The notes under the pieces were generated by a model. It was given only the letters and a program-made list of their open reading frames with translations. It did no database searches and was not told where the DNA came from. Below, in pieces: positions 30,298 to 40,343 of a stretch of 52,770 nucleotides of DNA. Positions within the stretch are counted from its first letter, which is position 1; the number at the start of each line of letters is the position of its first letter. Origin of the DNA: a bacterium (GTDB lineage: Bacteria > Patescibacteriota > Microgenomatia > UBA1400 > PJMF01); contig JAFRKQ010000031.1 of assembly GCA_017431625.1 (NCBI GenBank), forward strand, positions 1 to 52,770, in the 5' to 3' direction. Position numbers and translations under genes: made by a program.

Positions 30298-31215
30298 ATG
30301 ATAGTCAACAACAGCTTCAGAAACGCGCTCGTGTCCGTCTGCTCAGCGCAGGCACAGGAAATCTTGGCCGCCAAAAGACACCTGGACAATGTCGTCTACA
30401 ACGTCCGGGCCCTCATCCTCAGCGACCTGAATGACCACCGCTTAACCACCTTCAAAATCAAGTGGGATCGCGGCACAGTCACAGTCAACAGCAATGAAGT
30501 GTTACTTTGCGGTATCATCGGCAAAGAAGAATTCGCCAAAACACTCGAACAGCTGCCGACAAAACTGAAAGATGTGCTCGGCCACGATGTGCTCCTCACC
30601 TATCACCAGCGCCACGAATTCAACGTCAAGCTTTTCCTTTCGACGCTAGAACTGGAGAAAGCCAAAAGGGCAGCTGGCATGCGCTCGGCCTTCGCCTACT
30701 GGAACCTCGATGACCCCGAGCTGCACGATGATGAAGTAATCGACAAAGTCGAGCTCGAGAAATTTGACGTTCAGCGCGGTGAACGCGGCTACAAAAAAAC
30801 GTGTCACATCAACAAGTGCGGCGAAATTGTTCGTGACAATAACACTGGTGGCAAAACTGATCGCGAACTCCTCGAAACTGAACGCCGACGCCTGGAAGCC
30901 AAGCGGCGACTCTTCGCTACAGCCAACGGCATCAGTGAACAGCACACTGTAGACGAGTACGGTCACATTCACCTGTGCGAGTCAAAGTCAACCGACAGCA
31001 GTCAGCATCAGTATGACACCAGGAGCACTTTGCGCGATGACGATGTTAATTCCGACACGCGCACAACGCTCAAAAACGACCAGCCGTCAAGCGAAGACGA
31101 AGAAGGCGTCCAGAAAATCATCCTGATCATCACCAACGACAAAGCCAACACCAGAATCAGGATGGTGACGCAGGGTGCAACCCAAATCAACCACAAGCCG
31201 GAAATCACCGACTAG
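30298..31215 (+). CDS. Orphan hypothetical protein
   Basis: 305-aa ORF with its own promoter, strong SD, C-ending codon bias and terminator (~31230-31260). Confidence 0.8.
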   Translation: MIVNNSFRNALVSVCSAQAQEILAAKRHLDNVVYNVRALILSDLNDHRLTTFKIKWDRGTVTVNSNEVLLCGIIGKEEFAKTLEQLPTKLKDVLGHDVLLTYHQRHEFNVKLFLSTLELEKAKRAAGMRSAFAYWNLDDPELHDDEVIDKVELEKFDVQRGERGYKKTCHINKCGEIVRDNNTGGKTDRELLETERRRLEAKRRLFATANGISEQHTVDEYGHIHLCESKSTDSSQHQYDTRSTLRDDDVNSDTRTTLKNDQPSSEDEEGVQKIILIITNDKANTRIRMVTQGATQINHKPEITD

Positions 31216-31287
31216 CGCATCATTTACTCACCCTCGGGCCACAAACCCGGGGGTCTTTTGGTCTTGAGACGTGATATAATCGGACAC

Positions 31288-31908
31288 ATGGACGTATTTT
31301 TGCATGTATGTTGTGCCGATTGTCTCTTGCGCTTCCTGGTGGGGATCGGTTATCCCTTACCAGCAACAGTCCAGCCTTGGGTGCGAAATTATCGTGATTT
31401 ACCAGTCAAAAATGAAAAAATGCCACGTTTTACGCTTATTTTTTACAATCCCAATATCTATCCCAAAGCCGAATATCAAGCCCGCCTACAAGCCGTCAAA
31501 AAACTTGCCGCCAATTGCCAGCTGCCACTTCATGTCCTCGACTATCGTCCCCAAGACTACTTTGCCCTACCCACCAGCCAACAGCAATTTACCCAAGCCG
31601 CCTATTTGCCCGCTCGCTGCCTGGCTTGTCAAGACCAGCGTCTGCAAACTACCCTTGAATATATCCAAACCAAAAGCACGTCAACCATCAATTTTTCTAC
31701 GACCATGTTGGCCAGTCGTTACCTAGATCACCAACAAATCCGCCGACTCGGGCTCCAATTAGCCCAAAATCAGCACGCACAATTTTGGCAGCCAGAATTC
31801 CTCACCCCGCCCGACTCGCTCCACACCAGTGGCTACTACAAACAAAATTACTGCGGTTGTTTTTTCTCGCTTGGTGAGCTGACCCGGCGTAAATATCAAT
31901 CACTCTAA
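31288..31908 (+). CDS. queH: Epoxyqueuosine reductase QueH
   Basis: LHVCCADC, FYNPNIYP.AEY..RL, RC.AC..RL, FSTTML, YKQNYCGC.FS. Confidence 0.85.
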   Translation: MDVFLHVCCADCLLRFLVGIGYPLPATVQPWVRNYRDLPVKNEKMPRFTLIFYNPNIYPKAEYQARLQAVKKLAANCQLPLHVLDYRPQDYFALPTSQQQFTQAAYLPARCLACQDQRLQTTLEYIQTKSTSTINFSTTMLASRYLDHQQIRRLGLQLAQNQHAQFWQPEFLTPPDSLHTSGYYKQNYCGCFFSLGELTRRKYQSL

Positions 31909-32096
31909 ATTGGTCACAAAAGTGTTTTTTGTTCATGATAAAATGTGCACAATCTTGTTTGCGCACCAGAAAGACCATCGCAATAATTAACAACTAATGT
32001 AATCAATAATTCGATAATATTTACATCAAAAACATTAAAATATTTTCCTCAACTTGTTTTTTTAGTAATTATTATGTCTCAATTTACATCTGGTTT

Positions 32097-32147
32097 TGTT
32101 AGACATTTGTTAAACGTTTGTTAAACACTGTATACATTTTGTCTACA
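32097..32147. repeat. 11-bp-phased TGTTWAACA array
   Basis: Units at 32097 (GTTAGAC), 32108, 32119, plus related TGTATAC/TGTCTAC. Confidence 0.8.
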
Positions 32148-32285
32148 TTTTTTCTAACTATTTTCCAGGCGAAAAAATAAACGCAAAAACTGCAATATTT
32201 ATACAGTGAATTAATACTGTAATCGACCCTTCGATATGGTATAATAACCTTTATCGTTTGCTCTGTAACACACATATCACCGCAT

Positions 32286-32796
32286 CGAAGGTTACTTGTT
32301 GGATACAATCTCCACCTCAATGTATTTATCAGCCATAAAATCCAATTGAATGGTTGCTCTTCAGGAGCAAATAATCAGCACCGTGACGCAGTCACCCAAA
32401 GAAGGGCTCGCGGCGTCAGACGGCTCCTTTTGTTCCTCTATCTTGAGGGGGAAGTAGATTTTATTATCAGTACCTTGGTGCCGCATGATGGTGAGAAGAC
32501 AATCACCTGGCGTTTTTTTGGACAAGGATACCACGCCAGCCATTACCAGACTTCTCTCCAACGTGACCCCATCGACCCTCAGCGCTACTTTGAGTTTCAA
32601 GAGTTTCTTCCCTCTTTTGACTCTCGCTGCCGATCTCATCGCTTACAGGACTGGTGTTTACCACATTTGATCAGTGGCCACCAGTGCGATGAAATCATCG
32701 GCTGTTTTGACGTCGATGCTCTACTCGTCACGTGCTTTTACATCCTGGAGATAAGTCAACACAGACGATACCCGCCGCTTTCAACGGCGGGCTTTT
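32286..32796 (+). pseudogene. Probable degraded orphan gene
   Basis: The frame of ORF 32346..32855 has coding-like codon usage, but no in-frame start follows the GAAGG SD and it reads through the terminator CCCGCCG-ctttcaa-CGGCGGG-CTTTT (32771-32795). Confidence 0.4.
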
Positions 32797-32869
32797 GCGT
32801 TTTGACCACCAATCACGTAAATTCGTACCGTGTTAAACTCACAAATGTGATATAATATGGCAGTTGTCT

Positions 32870-32943
32870 GGGTCAGTAGCTCAGTCGGTTAGAGCATCTG
32901 CCTCTTAAGCAGAGTGTCCCGGGTTCGAGTCCCGGCTGACCCA
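32870..32943 (+). tRNA. tRNA-Lys (CTT)
   Basis: GGGTCAG/CTGACCC acceptor stem, anticodon arm TCTGC-CT-CTT-AA-GCAGA, TTCGA loop; CCA not encoded. Confidence 0.95.
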
Positions 32944-33003
32944 CCGATTGTCGGCAACCATAGTTGTCGTATTGTTGGTTCTTTGTTTTTGATTAATACA
33001 GAC

Positions 33004-33079
33004 CGGAGCGTAGCGCAGATGGTAGCGCGCTGTGTTCGGAACGCAGAGGTCGCAGGTTCAAGTCCTGTCGCTCCGACCA
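33004..33079 (+). tRNA. tRNA-Pro (CGG)
   Basis: CGGAGCG/CGCTCCG acceptor, anticodon CGG, encoded CCA. Confidence 0.95.
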
Positions 33080-33119
33080 ATGGTCGTGGTAGACATTTAC
33101 ATTGATAAATAGTTATTTT

Positions 33120-35105
33120 TTAAGGATTGATGGGGATGATTGCTCCTGCCTCGCTTCGCCAGACAGCCTCACGACTCGCGATCGGCATCTCCCAGTTTTC
33201 ATGCATCAGATCCCAGTCGTCCAAAACCACATAGTCCACCCCCAAATCTCGCGCCAAACCAAAGGCAATATCGAGTCGGGTGTCGTGAAGGACATCGCGG
33301 GCGGCTTGTTCACGCTCGGGCAGCTTGAGATCATGAGTCTCCAGGACGATTTGCGAGGAGACATAAGTCCGCCGGCCGGCAAGCGCCGGGTACAAACTGC
33401 CCGCTCGTACACGATCATTATCTGGATTGACCAACAAAATATCGTCCCAAGTGGTATATTTTTGTAAGTTGGCCAAAAGCTCAAGCTCACTGCAATTGAC
33501 CACTCGCCCGTGACCATCTAGACTTTGACCCAAATACTCACTCCAATTGTAAGCCAGTCGCGGCAGAAAAGATGCCAAAAGTGCGATGACAAAGATTTTA
33601 CCACCAATTGTTCGCCACCAGACATGACAATTGACCCCCAAAGGAATCAGTAAGGCCACCGCGGCAATAATCAAAAAATTAAAAGAGTTGTAATTGCCCA
33701 CTCCTTGCAAAAAATTAAACCCCACAAAAGTCCAGCCGACAGCGGGCACCACCAAAAACACATAATTACGCCCACTCAAGTAGCGCCGGGTTTGCCGACT
33801 CGTCCACCCGCCGACCAGCCGCGCCCCAAAAACATAAATCAAAGCGACCAGAGTGAGCAAGACATAGTCCCAAGTTTGGCGCTTCCAGCTTGGTACCTGC
33901 TGATAAACCTGCTGGCGCAAAGCCCATTCATCCCAGCCCAAATGTTCACTCGAGACCAAAAGTTTGGGCCACAAGAAGGGGACAAAAGCCATTTTGGCCG
34001 CTTGCCCGGTAGTGGCACTCGCCAAAAGCAGACCGCTACCTATACCCACCACCACTATCGCTACCAACTCAGACCACAAACTGGACATACGCCCTCGCCG
34101 CCACCAAGAGCGCCCCGCGCGCGCTAGCCACACCAAACACCAGCCACTGGCAAAAAGCACGCTCCAATAGACTTTAAAAAGGGTCAACGGGATCAACAAA
34201 CCCACCAGTAGCGCCAATACGCGCTTGTGGCGCGTCTGCCAAAAATGATTGAGTGTCACCCAGGCTAAAATAAATATGACCTTCGCCATTACGTAAGGCG
34301 GATTGAAAAACTGATCGGTGCCATTATCCAGACTCGCCATGTCCCAGCCTTGTCCGTGCGGAAAAAAGAATGTCAACCAAAACGCCCCATCACTAGCGAG
34401 CAAAAATACCAATGTCGTCCACCCAGCCACCCGGCGCGAGCGTGTCACTTCACGCACCCCCTCATAAATCACCCCCGTCATCACCAGTGACCACCACAAA
34501 GGGAAAAATTGGAAATACAGATGCAGACTCTTGACTCCCAAACGTACCAGTTGCGCTAGCACCAGATCGCTAAAGTAATGATAATTACTCAAAGGTAGAT
34601 TTATCTCTGGACGGATCGGGGGAAATTGATGACTCAAACTATTAATAAAGCCTATGTGCATCAAGCCATCGTGATAGTTACTCATGATAAAATTGAGACC
34701 AAACTGTCGCCGCAAGCCTGAACCAAAGACCGCTGGCAATTGCAATACCAAGCCAAAAAATAGTAAGTAGAGTAAAATTTTTTTGCCAGACAGCGTTGCC
34801 TGGAAACGTGCCCATGACCACCATGCCTGAGCCCGCCAAGCACTGTAAATAAAAGTAATCAAACAATAAATAAAATATGGATATACAAGCCAATAGACTC
34901 CAAGAAATCCACTGGTAGCAGCGATAATAGCCAACCACACTGTACCCACCACATTCCCAGCCCAAAAGCAAAAGGCTCGCGAGCAACGAGTCAACCGCCT
35001 GAGACACCACCAACCCGGCCACCAAAGACCGATAATCACCAAAATCGCCGTATAACATCCCTGCCACCACCACTGCCAGTCTGCCACGCCATAAAAACCA
35101 TCCAT
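33120..35105 (-). CDS. Large polytopic membrane protein, GT-C glycosyltransferase-like
   Basis: Many TM helices; DGLMH..FPP..NYHYFSD loop; PALAGRRTY and GVDYVVL C-terminal motifs. Confidence 0.75.
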   Translation of the reverse strand: MDGFYGVADWQWWWQGCYTAILVIIGLWWPGWWCLRRLTRCSRAFCFWAGNVVGTVWLAIIAATSGFLGVYWLVYPYFIYCLITFIYSAWRAQAWWSWARFQATLSGKKILLYLLFFGLVLQLPAVFGSGLRRQFGLNFIMSNYHDGLMHIGFINSLSHQFPPIRPEINLPLSNYHYFSDLVLAQLVRLGVKSLHLYFQFFPLWWSLVMTGVIYEGVREVTRSRRVAGWTTLVFLLASDGAFWLTFFFPHGQGWDMASLDNGTDQFFNPPYVMAKVIFILAWVTLNHFWQTRHKRVLALLVGLLIPLTLFKVYWSVLFASGWCLVWLARAGRSWWRRGRMSSLWSELVAIVVVGIGSGLLLASATTGQAAKMAFVPFLWPKLLVSSEHLGWDEWALRQQVYQQVPSWKRQTWDYVLLTLVALIYVFGARLVGGWTSRQTRRYLSGRNYVFLVVPAVGWTFVGFNFLQGVGNYNSFNFLIIAAVALLIPLGVNCHVWWRTIGGKIFVIALLASFLPRLAYNWSEYLGQSLDGHGRVVNCSELELLANLQKYTTWDDILLVNPDNDRVRAGSLYPALAGRRTYVSSQIVLETHDLKLPEREQAARDVLHDTRLDIAFGLARDLGVDYVVLDDWDLMHENWEMPIASREAVWRSEAGAIIPINP

Positions 35106-35167
35106 ACCACCCTATTGTACCACGCCTCACGCCTGATTGGCAGTCAAAATTAAGCAGTTTGGCTCAA

Positions 35168-35218
35168 TGTTCACATTTTGTACTCAGCGTTTAACAGTTG
35201 TTAAACGTTTGTTAAACA
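35168..35218. repeat. 11-bp-phased TGTTWAACA array
   Basis: Units at 35188, 35199, 35210 preceded by TGTTCAC/TGTACTCAG. Confidence 0.85.
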
Positions 35219-35405
35219 CTTATTAGATTAAAAGCAAGCCAAATTTTACCAAACAAAAGACAAAAACACTTTATTGTTCACAAAATATCTACAAAATAAT
35301 GTCACTAATGCACAAAGTTATAGCCCTCATTAAGCTTGATCTGAGTGAGTTAAAATAATTACTCAAGATCATAGTTTTTTCCCAATACAACCCAAAAATT
35401 TCCTC

Positions 35406-35607
35406 TTGACAAAAATAAACATAAATGTTATAATAGTGTCTGTTTTGAGATACTCAAGCTGAAATTGCGTCACTGCAAGTGTCTCTAGACGTTCTTTAAC
35501 AGTTAGTTTTTATCAAAGCTAGCTGGTGGTCAAAATCCATCCGTTAGTCGCGCTCAAATGGCAATCCGACACACAAACTTTAACTAACACAAAGGAGAGT
35601 AATATTC
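35406..35607 (+). promoter_or_regulatory. Consensus promoter and boxA-like leader of orphan gene
   Basis: TTGACA-N17-TATAAT (35406-35434); GTTCTTTAACA at 35491-35501; SD AAGGAG. Confidence 0.65.
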
Positions 35608-36459
35608 ATGAAATACATTATGAAGTACGTTTGCAAACACGTTCGTCTCGTCACCATCGTAGTCGGCGCCCTCGCGTTGTTCGGTGTCTACCTCAGCTAC
35701 CTCAACACAGACACTCACTTGAAACAGGCCTTCTACACTCGCGCCAGTATCGCCAGAGTTCTCACCCCGTGTTCCAATGATTCTCTGGAAGCTGTCAGCA
35801 AAGACTTAACTGTCATCAAAAGAATTATTGACAGCGACGCCTTTATCAAGACAGCCCACGCCGCAGTGCAAGAAACCAGCGCCGATCAGTCTAAAGACAT
35901 CGATGTCAACATCATCGCCATCTGCGATATTGTCTTGGTCGATGAAAGCAACGACATTAAAGTCGGTGCTAGCACGGGCCAGCTGACCATCGAAATGATG
36001 GCGCTAAGCGATGCCGCTTTTGCTTTCCTACCCACCTACATCACCGAAGGCAAAGGCACCTACCGCAACATCATCCTGCCAGCAGACGGCGAAAAATACT
36101 TTGCTATTGGTGAGGACGCCTATCAACTCTATAGACGCGCACACCGTTGGCAGAGCCCCATTGCCAGAATAATCGCCAGAAAGCTGCTTGACGAGGGTTA
36201 TCTCGATCATTGTCAGGCGGCAGTCGTCTACCTCCCCTTTCAGTTTGGACTTCACTTTCCTCATCCAAAAGAGAGTGGTCGTCCCTACGCCACCCACGTT
36301 GACGGAAAGCTGGTAATTTTTGCTAGTGCTATGAGCAAACTCGATATGATCGGCAGTCGGCTGTATCATGCCGGCATCATTGAAAGACCAGAGCTTGAGC
36401 ACGAGTACAGCGATGATGTCACAATCGAAGAAGTGATCAGAACTCATACCGGCAAATAA
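35608..36459 (+). CDS. Orphan protein with N-terminal membrane anchor
   Basis: 283-aa ORF, one N-terminal TM, own promoter and terminator (ACCCCGC-tttcac-GCGGGGT-TTTT, 36497-36520). Confidence 0.8.
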   Translation: MKYIMKYVCKHVRLVTIVVGALALFGVYLSYLNTDTHLKQAFYTRASIARVLTPCSNDSLEAVSKDLTVIKRIIDSDAFIKTAHAAVQETSADQSKDIDVNIIAICDIVLVDESNDIKVGASTGQLTIEMMALSDAAFAFLPTYITEGKGTYRNIILPADGEKYFAIGEDAYQLYRRAHRWQSPIARIIARKLLDEGYLDHCQAAVVYLPFQFGLHFPHPKESGRPYATHVDGKLVIFASAMSKLDMIGSRLYHAGIIERPELEHEYSDDVTIEEVIRTHTGK

Positions 36460-36556
36460 CCTCGCCACCTACACACATGATAAAAACTACTGTTTAGACC
36501 CCGCTTTCACGCGGGGTTTTGACTATCTGGCAGTCTCAGAATATTGTTCACAAAAT

Positions 36557-36630
36557 TTACTCAGCGTTTAACAGTTGTTAGACAAATGTTTAACCAATCC
36601 AGGTCAAAATGTGCACAAAAATTGACAGCC
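36557..36630. repeat. 11-bp-phased array within a ~75-bp direct repeat
   Basis: Units at 36565, 36576, 36587; close copy at 37841-37913. Confidence 0.85.
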
Positions 36631-36711
36631 AAGTGACACCAACTCAAAAATATCTTTTGGCCATAAATTGCCCCTTGCATTTTTCCCCAAGTGTGATATA
36701 ATAGGCTCAAT

Positions 36712-36826
36712 TGTTCCAAAGACAGCGCGTTTTGGGTTCATTCCCATATAATTCACGCCGAGGACACGAGAGTGTAGACTTGATGACTTTGGGACAACCA
36801 AAGTTTTTTTAATAAAGGAAAAAACC
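36712..36826 (+). promoter_or_regulatory. Ribosomal protein L10 leader RNA
   Basis: CCAAAGACAGC...TAA...CGCCGAGG...CTTTGG pattern directly upstream of rplJ. Confidence 0.75.
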
Positions 36827-37336
36827 ATGCCAAGCAGCAAAAACGAGCAAAACTTACAACTCACCAAGGACAAAATCGGTCAGGCAAAATCTGTCCTCAT
36901 TGTTGATTATGCCGGCACCCCCGTCAACGACCTCACTCAATTGCGCCGCGACCTCAAGCAAAATGGTGGTGAGTTTTTCGTCACCAAAAATACTTTGATC
37001 AATTTGAGTTTTGACAAAAAACCAGAAGTAGCCGATGCCCTCAATGGTATGAACGCTTTGATCCTCTCTTATGATGATGAGGTGGGGGCGGTCAAAGTCA
37101 CCTATGATTTTATCAAAGATAAAGAAAAAATGACCGTCAAAGTCGGCTACTTGGACGGCAAATTTTTGACGGCCAGCGAGGCTGAGGCCTTAAGTAAAAT
37201 ACCTGGCAAGAAAGAAATGTTGGCTACCCTCTTGCGCACGGTCCAAAAACCAGGCAACGACTTGGCCGGTGTCCTCCAGGCGCCAGTGCGCGATTTGGTT
37301 TATGCCTTGCAGGCTATTGTTGATAAGAAAGAATAA
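36827..37336 (+). CDS. rplJ: 50S ribosomal protein L10
   Basis: VDYAG..V.DLTQLRRDL, VTKNTL, LSKIPGK; precedes rplL. Confidence 0.95.
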   Translation: MPSSKNEQNLQLTKDKIGQAKSVLIVDYAGTPVNDLTQLRRDLKQNGGEFFVTKNTLINLSFDKKPEVADALNGMNALILSYDDEVGAVKVTYDFIKDKEKMTVKVGYLDGKFLTASEAEALSKIPGKKEMLATLLRTVQKPGNDLAGVLQAPVRDLVYALQAIVDKKE

Positions 37337-37379
37337 AAGTTACAAAGTAGCAAAAGAGTAATCAAGCAGAAAGGAAATT

Positions 37380-37757
37380 ATGGCAAATATTGATGATATC
37401 GTCGCCAGCATTGAGAAACTGTCACTCATGGAAGTGTCTGAGCTGGTTAAAGCCCTTGAAGACAAATTTGGTGTCTCGGCTGCCGCTCCTGTAATGATGG
37501 GGGCCGCTATGCCAGGTGCCGCCGCTGCTCCTGCTGAGGAGAAGACAGAATTTACTGTCGTCCTCAAAGATGCTGGTAGCAACAAAATTGCGGCCATTAA
37601 AGCCGTCCGCACTCTCAAACCAGATTTGGGTTTGGGTGATGCCAAGAAATTTGTTGAGGAAGCTCCCAAGAACGTCCTCGAAGATGTCAAAAAAGAAGAG
37701 GCTGAAGCTGCCAAGAAGACTCTTGAAGACGCTGGTTGTGTCGTGGAACTCAAATAA
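37380..37757 (+). CDS. rplL: 50S ribosomal protein L7/L12
   Basis: [41 protein letters not shown]. Confidence 0.98.
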   Translation: MANIDDIVASIEKLSLMEVSELVKALEDKFGVSAAAPVMMGAAMPGAAAAPAEEKTEFTVVLKDAGSNKIAAIKAVRTLKPDLGLGDAKKFVEEAPKNVLEDVKKEEAEAAKKTLEDAGCVVELK

Positions 37758-37775
37758 TTTTCTCGACAGCAGTCA

Positions 37776-37805
37776 AAAAATCCCCGCCCACTGGCGGGGA
37801 TTTTT
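37776..37805 (+). terminator. Intrinsic terminator of rplJL
   Basis: AAAAATCCCCGCC-cact-GGCGGGGATTTTT. Confidence 0.9.
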
Positions 37806-37840
37806 GTTGGTTGCTCGACCTTAATTAATGTATACATTTT

Positions 37841-37913
37841 GTACTCAGTGTTTAACAATTGTTAGACAAACGTTGAACACATCCAGGCCAAAATGTGCAC
37901 AAAAATTGACAGC
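37841..37913. repeat. 11-bp-phased array within a ~75-bp direct repeat
   Basis: Units at 37849, 37860, 37871; shares CAAAATGTGCACAAAAATTGACAGC with 36605-36629. Confidence 0.85.
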
Positions 37914-38019
37914 AGTAATACAGACTGACAAAAAAATAATTCTTGTCCCTGCTTGCCGATTGTCTCGCCATCAGTTTTAAACTCTTCACAAATGCCCCCC
38001 GATATGCTACAATGACCTC

Positions 38020-39453
38020 GTGCACAAAAAACTATTCGCAATGAGCTTTGTGATTGCCTGGGCTAGCATTGGCCTGACACATTCGGTACATGCGGCCACT
38101 TACACCACACCCGCGATCCCTACTACTACCTATCCGGTAGAACAGCTGTCGTGGATTGTGACCAACCTCACGGATGTATCGCTCATCGTTCCTGAATATC
38201 AGACCAAAGCCACCAGCGATGAATCTGACCACTGGCAAGTGTTGTCGGATTTCAACTGTCAAGAGGACGAGCAGCTACTTAAATGTCGGGCCGCTATTCC
38301 CCCGTTACTTCAAGATATTTTGCAAGTACGCCTCACCTATCCCGACACTGCTTATCTGCAAACTTTCAATCTCACCCTCAGCCAAGACCAAAGCGAGATG
38401 CCCACTCACGAGCACGAACAGATTTATTACTCAGATTTCAAAATTCTTGATCCTAACTTGGAAGCAACAACTCTCTCTTGGCGTGAACAAGCCTTGACCT
38501 CAACTCCGCGCGATCGCTTAATTGTCCAAACCAGAGCCAGTCATGACGGCGTTTCCTGGACACCCTGGCAGGGCAATGCGAAGGCGCTAACGCTCACCGA
38601 TCTCAATCCCGAGGCTACCGCGGGGAGTCGCCCAGGACACTTGGATCTTTATGGCGTACCCACCAGTGGTTATGACTACCTACTGGCGACTTATCCCGAT
38701 GACAGCCGCCTCTACACCCTCGCTAGTCCTGCCGCCTTTGGCGCCGATGAAGCCGCGGCTTTTGCCCAATTGACACTTGCCCTAGAGAGCGTGGCCGATT
38801 TGCACCTCGGACAAGAAATCATGATCAGTGAAACTGTTGGTGCCGATACTTATCATCTCCGTGGCCTTATAAGCGACAAAAAAGACTCTACCAACGAAAT
38901 CTCAGTCTTCTCGTGGCAAGGAGCCATTCCGATCCAAAATGAGGCCATTTGCGGGACAGGAATGACCTTTTGTTACTCGCCGACCGCAACTATTCAGCCC
39001 CTGGTGACCAGTGTTTTCCCCACTCCCGAGACAAATGACGAGACTGATTACCCACAGCTGACTTTGGCTATCACTAGCAGTCGTGACGACCCCACTCCTG
39101 TCACCTACACGCCAGTACTAGAATCACTGGAGTTTTATCGTTATCTGGCTCCTACTTGTCTGGAATACTATCAGGACACTGCTGACAGTGCCACGAGCTC
39201 GGCCTCTCTCGCCTCCAGTTGTAAGACCCAAGCTATTGCTCTGCCAAACTCTCAAGAACACCAACCCCAGCAACTCCAATATCGGATCATTTATGGTTTT
39301 GCGGGTGATGTGGAGATCAGCGAGGTCTTTCTTCACCAAAACACCCCTGCCAATTACGCTTCCAGTAGCAATATTATGACCAATAGTAGCTATCGCTTGC
39401 GCGGCGGCAAAACCTTCCAGGCTGGCAATTCTCGGCCGTATTTCTGGCACTAA
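38020..39453 (+). CDS. Secreted hypothetical protein
   Basis: Signal peptide ending VHA; beta-rich body; C-terminus YRLRGGKTFQAGNSRPYFWH; hairpin ATGCTCTGACC-tcttg-GGTCAGAGCAT follows. Confidence 0.8.
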   Translation: MHKKLFAMSFVIAWASIGLTHSVHAATYTTPAIPTTTYPVEQLSWIVTNLTDVSLIVPEYQTKATSDESDHWQVLSDFNCQEDEQLLKCRAAIPPLLQDILQVRLTYPDTAYLQTFNLTLSQDQSEMPTHEHEQIYYSDFKILDPNLEATTLSWREQALTSTPRDRLIVQTRASHDGVSWTPWQGNAKALTLTDLNPEATAGSRPGHLDLYGVPTSGYDYLLATYPDDSRLYTLASPAAFGADEAAAFAQLTLALESVADLHLGQEIMISETVGADTYHLRGLISDKKDSTNEISVFSWQGAIPIQNEAICGTGMTFCYSPTATIQPLVTSVFPTPETNDETDYPQLTLAITSSRDDPTPVTYTPVLESLEFYRYLAPTCLEYYQDTADSATSSASLASSCKTQAIALPNSQEHQPQQLQYRIIYGFAGDVEISEVFLHQNTPANYASSSNIMTNSSYRLRGGKTFQAGNSRPYFWH

Positions 39454-39495
39454 AAATGCTCTGACCTCTTGGGTCAGAGCATAATCTACTCACCA

Positions 39496-39762
39496 CTAGC
39501 AGTCAACGTGGGTTTTGCGACTCACCACCTGTAGACGATGGGTATCCCCCAGCTGGATGCCACCCATCACCTTTGACACCTCTTTGGGTCGGCAATAACG
39601 AGCCTCTTGTGAGCGTTGGAGACTGCGACGCAAAAATTTGCGGATCTCTTTGCTCAGGTCACTGCCACGCGAGGCAAACAGCTCTTCAGCTGCCTTTTTC
39701 AGGCCTCCATCCACCCGGACACCAATTGTTTCCACCGTGTTGGTTTTCTTTTTTGCTTTCAT
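39496..39762 (-). CDS. RelB/DinJ-like ribbon-helix-helix protein (orphan antitoxin-like)
   Basis: TIGVRVDGGLKKAAEELFASRGSDLSKEIRKFL matches the RelB/DinJ N-terminal pattern. Confidence 0.7.
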   Translation of the reverse strand: MKAKKKTNTVETIGVRVDGGLKKAAEELFASRGSDLSKEIRKFLRRSLQRSQEARYCRPKEVSKVMGGIQLGDTHRLQVVSRKTHVDC

Positions 39763-39816
39763 ATACTTATATCCTATCAAATTTTATTATCACCGTCAAG
39801 AGGCAATTTCTCTTTT

Positions 39817-39869
39817 TGTTAAACACACGTTTAACAAACGCTGAACAGTCATTTAACAAATGTTTAACA
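39817..39869. repeat. 11-bp-phased TGTTWAACA array (5 units)
   Basis: Units at 39817, 39828, 39839, 39850, 39861. Confidence 0.85.
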
Positions 39870-40343
39870 TACATATCAAGAATAATTAAACAAAATGAGT
39901 ACAAAATTTGACAAAAATTTCCAGCGCTAAAACGAGATTTTGATTGACATGATCACTAAACTCGCAAGCGAAAGCCTCTAAGCCTGGTACTCTTCACGGC
40001 AAAAAGCACCAATATCTCATTAAAGCTAAATTGTATCGTCTGTACTACTAATCAATCAAGACTTTTTATTAATCCTATAAATAGTGAAAAAATTATTTAA
40101 GAAAAACCACGACTAAAAACTCCCAACCGCAAAAAATGCGAATGAACGGCATTTTTCGGGTAATCTTTCGGTAGCAATTTTACAAAATTTCGCATAAGCT
40201 TCGTTTTTAGGCCATTTTACCCCTTGACAATTGCTTGGTTTTTTGTTAAGTTACTATCAATCACGCACACACTCTGGCAAACAGATTGAAACGCGAGACA
40301 TATAGTATAAAATAAGTGAAAGAAAATAATATAGGAAGGAAAA

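Noticed and set aside
32889-33105. Short ORFs on both strands
   Set aside because: They coincide with two tRNA genes.
39780-40343. Replication origin or prophage attachment region
   Set aside because: No DnaA-box cluster, dnaA, integrase or phage genes are visible.
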